Shown: in pieces, positions 62,297-64,000 of the stretch
Numbering within the stretch: the stretch's first letter is position 1
Layout: the number at the start of each line of letters is the position of its first letter
Assembly: GCA_965220745.1 (NCBI GenBank)
Contig: CBDCQT010000011.1
Span: 192,001-256,000, forward strand
Source of the DNA: Alphaproteobacteria bacterium
Lineage (GTDB): Bacteria; Pseudomonadota; Alphaproteobacteria; UBA828
Reading direction: 5' to 3'
Length of the DNA stretch: 64,000 nucleotides
Notes under the pieces: generated by a model
Databases searched by the model: none
The model's input: the letters and a program-made list of their open reading frames with translations, nothing else
Told to the model about the DNA's origin: nothing
Made by a program: the position numbers and the translations under genes

Positions 62297-62545
62297 CTAG
62301 CGCCGACTGTGCGCTCCCGAGCGGCGGTTTTCACATGCCGCCGCCGTCTGCAGCCGTGCGATCTCGTCCTTAACCTTGAGCTTTCGACGTTTCAAATGGG
62401 TCAGAGACAACCCATCGGGCGCCGGCCGTCCGGCTTCTTCCTGGATAGCCCGCTCGAGTCCGGCGTGTCTTGCAGCGAGCGTGGCAAGATAGTCGTCGAC
62501 CCCGATCTCAAAGGCCAGCGCGACAGGGTCGATCCGCGAGTACAT
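62297..62545 (-). CDS. DUF465 / YdcH-like small protein (start codon uncertain)
   Basis: LAARHAGLERAIQEE..RPAPD...LKRRKLKVKDEIARL signature. Confidence 0.7.
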   Translation of the reverse strand: MYSRIDPVALAFEIGVDDYLATLAARHAGLERAIQEEAGRPAPDGLSLTHLKRRKLKVKDEIARLQTAAACENRRSGAHSRR

Positions 62546-62891
62546 CAGTTGGTGGAGCTCACTGGGGCAATCTCGACGGAGGTGATCAGCAAGGCATGCC
62601 GGGGCGTCTGCGGGTCTGTCGCTAGTATGTCATATCGCATGCGCCGCCGCCACGCCGTATCGCTCATCAAATCGCGTGGAATGGCCGTATGTTATCAATA
62701 TAGCTATGACTCTTTCGATAGCAGGCATGATGGGCGTCGTCGGCTCGGCGATCGGGCGTCGGTGCCCGGACACAGGAGCCAAGGCTGCCGCGACGCGCTG
62801 GGAGCCGACGCGGGAATAGCGGGCGAAAGGCAGGTAGTCGCGGAATGAGGGGTGGCGGTCGAACGGCAGACACAACGCCACGCCGAACGCA

Positions 62892-63929
62892 GTGAACCTT
62901 ACCGCGTCTCTCGTAGCCGGCGGTGTGGGCTTCGCGGCGACGGCGGCGTTGACGGGTCTCGTGCGGGTGCTGCTGCGGCGTCATGGCGTCTTGGACCGGC
63001 CCAACGAGCGCTCCAGCCATCGGGCCGCAGTGCCGCGTGGCGGCGGCATCGCCGTTGTCGGGGTCCTGCTTGCGGCATGGCTTGTACTCTGGTTCGCGAA
63101 CGCCTCTGCAGGCAGCGGGACGCTCTTCTGGGTCGCGCTCGCAGGCGGGCTAGGGCTCGCCGCAGTCTCCTGGCTCGACGACCTAAGCGGTAGCGTCCCT
63201 ATCTTCGTGCGCCTTGGGGTGCAAGTCGTGGCGGTCGGCGCCGGGATTGCCTCGCTCCCCGGTGACGGTCTCGTATTTCAAGGCGCTGTTCCGGCCCTCG
63301 TCGATCACGCGCTGGCGGCGGTGGCCTGGCTCTGGTTTGTGAACCTGTTCAACTTCATGGACGGCATCGACGGGCTCAGCGGCGTCGAGGGCGCGAGCCT
63401 CGGGCTCGGCACGTTCCTGCTGGCGCTGCTGGGGGCCGCGCCGGCCTGGCTGGGGCCGCTTGGGCTGACGCTCGCCGGTGTCTCTCTCGGCTTTCTGTTC
63501 TGGAACTGGCACCCCGCCAGGATCTTTCTCGGCGATGTGGGGAGCGTGCCGCTCGGGTACCTGGCCGGTTGGCTCCTGCTGGCGTTGGCGGCAGCGGGCG
63601 CATGGCAGGCAACGCTACTGCTGCCGGCCTACTATCTCGCGGATGCGACGTTCACGTTGGTTCGTCGCCTGCTGCGCGGCCGGCGCGTGTGGCAGGCGCA
63701 TCGCGAGCATTTCTATCAGCGGGTGGTGGCGGCCGGCTGGAGCCACGGCCGCACTGCCGCACTGATCGCCGGCCATAATCTGCTTCTCGTGGGGCTTGCG
63801 GCCGCCTCCCAGCAGGGCTTGGCCGCAGCCGCGGCGTCGCTCGCGGCGGGAGCGATGCTCGTCGCGGCGCTGCTGTGGTATCTTCACGCCGCCGCTCGGG
63901 CATCACGCGGCGCATCGGGGCAGAGTTGA
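62892..63929 (+). CDS. MraY/WecA-like polyprenyl-phosphate sugar-1-phosphate transferase (glycosyltransferase family 4)
   Basis: DRPNERSSH..VPRGGG, WLDD, NLFNFMDGIDG, PARIFLGDVGS, AHREHFYQ. Multiple TM segments. Confidence 0.92.
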   Translation: MNLTASLVAGGVGFAATAALTGLVRVLLRRHGVLDRPNERSSHRAAVPRGGGIAVVGVLLAAWLVLWFANASAGSGTLFWVALAGGLGLAAVSWLDDLSGSVPIFVRLGVQVVAVGAGIASLPGDGLVFQGAVPALVDHALAAVAWLWFVNLFNFMDGIDGLSGVEGASLGLGTFLLALLGAAPAWLGPLGLTLAGVSLGFLFWNWHPARIFLGDVGSVPLGYLAGWLLLALAAAGAWQATLLLPAYYLADATFTLVRRLLRGRRVWQAHREHFYQRVVAAGWSHGRTAALIAGHNLLLVGLAAASQQGLAAAAASLAAGAMLVAALLWYLHAAARASRGASGQS

Positions 63930-64000
63930 TCGTCAAACGCGCGTACATGGTGGCGGCCCACGACGTGGCCATGGCAGGCGCGTCATTCGCGCGCGCGCTG
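63926..64000 (+). CDS. Probable polysaccharide biosynthesis nucleotide-sugar dehydratase (CapD-like), N-terminal fragment
   Basis: TTG overlapping the previous stop gives MIVKRAYMVAAHDVAMAGASFARAL, resembling the HD-containing first TM of CapD-like proteins. Only 25 codons are visible. Confidence 0.5.
   Translation, partial: MIVKRAYMVAAHDVAMAGASFARAL

Overview
A GC-rich chromosomal window from an alphaproteobacterium. Gene content and order (J-domain protein-cobS-cobT; comF-nitrilase-DUF1178-ubiG-lysC; rodZ-hisS-prfA-prmC-DUF4167-clpB-M23) resemble Rhodospirillales-like lineages. About 55 CDSs can be supported. They include housekeeping genes, valine catabolism genes, and many catabolic enzymes (creatinase, P450, GMC oxidoreductase, aminotransferase, glutamine-synthetase-like ligase, F420-dependent enzymes). 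I saw no rRNA, tRNA, CRISPR array or transposase. Two elements stand out. (1) A 37.6-41.7 kb cluster of mostly exported proteins contains two proteins built from Cys-x-x (CNP/CGP/CEA) repeats. One is fused to a cytochrome P460/c'-beta-type domain; the other is a 130-aa multi-cassette secreted peptide. They flank an exported FGE-fold protein with a CxxC loop and a His-rich unknown protein, with a class I cytochrome c and cysQ on either side. (2) A DUF3800 gene is followed directly by a convergently oriented ~75-nt structured element with its own near-consensus sigma70 promoter, suggesting a protein-ncRNA module. All family assignments come from motif recognition by eye; no database searches were run.
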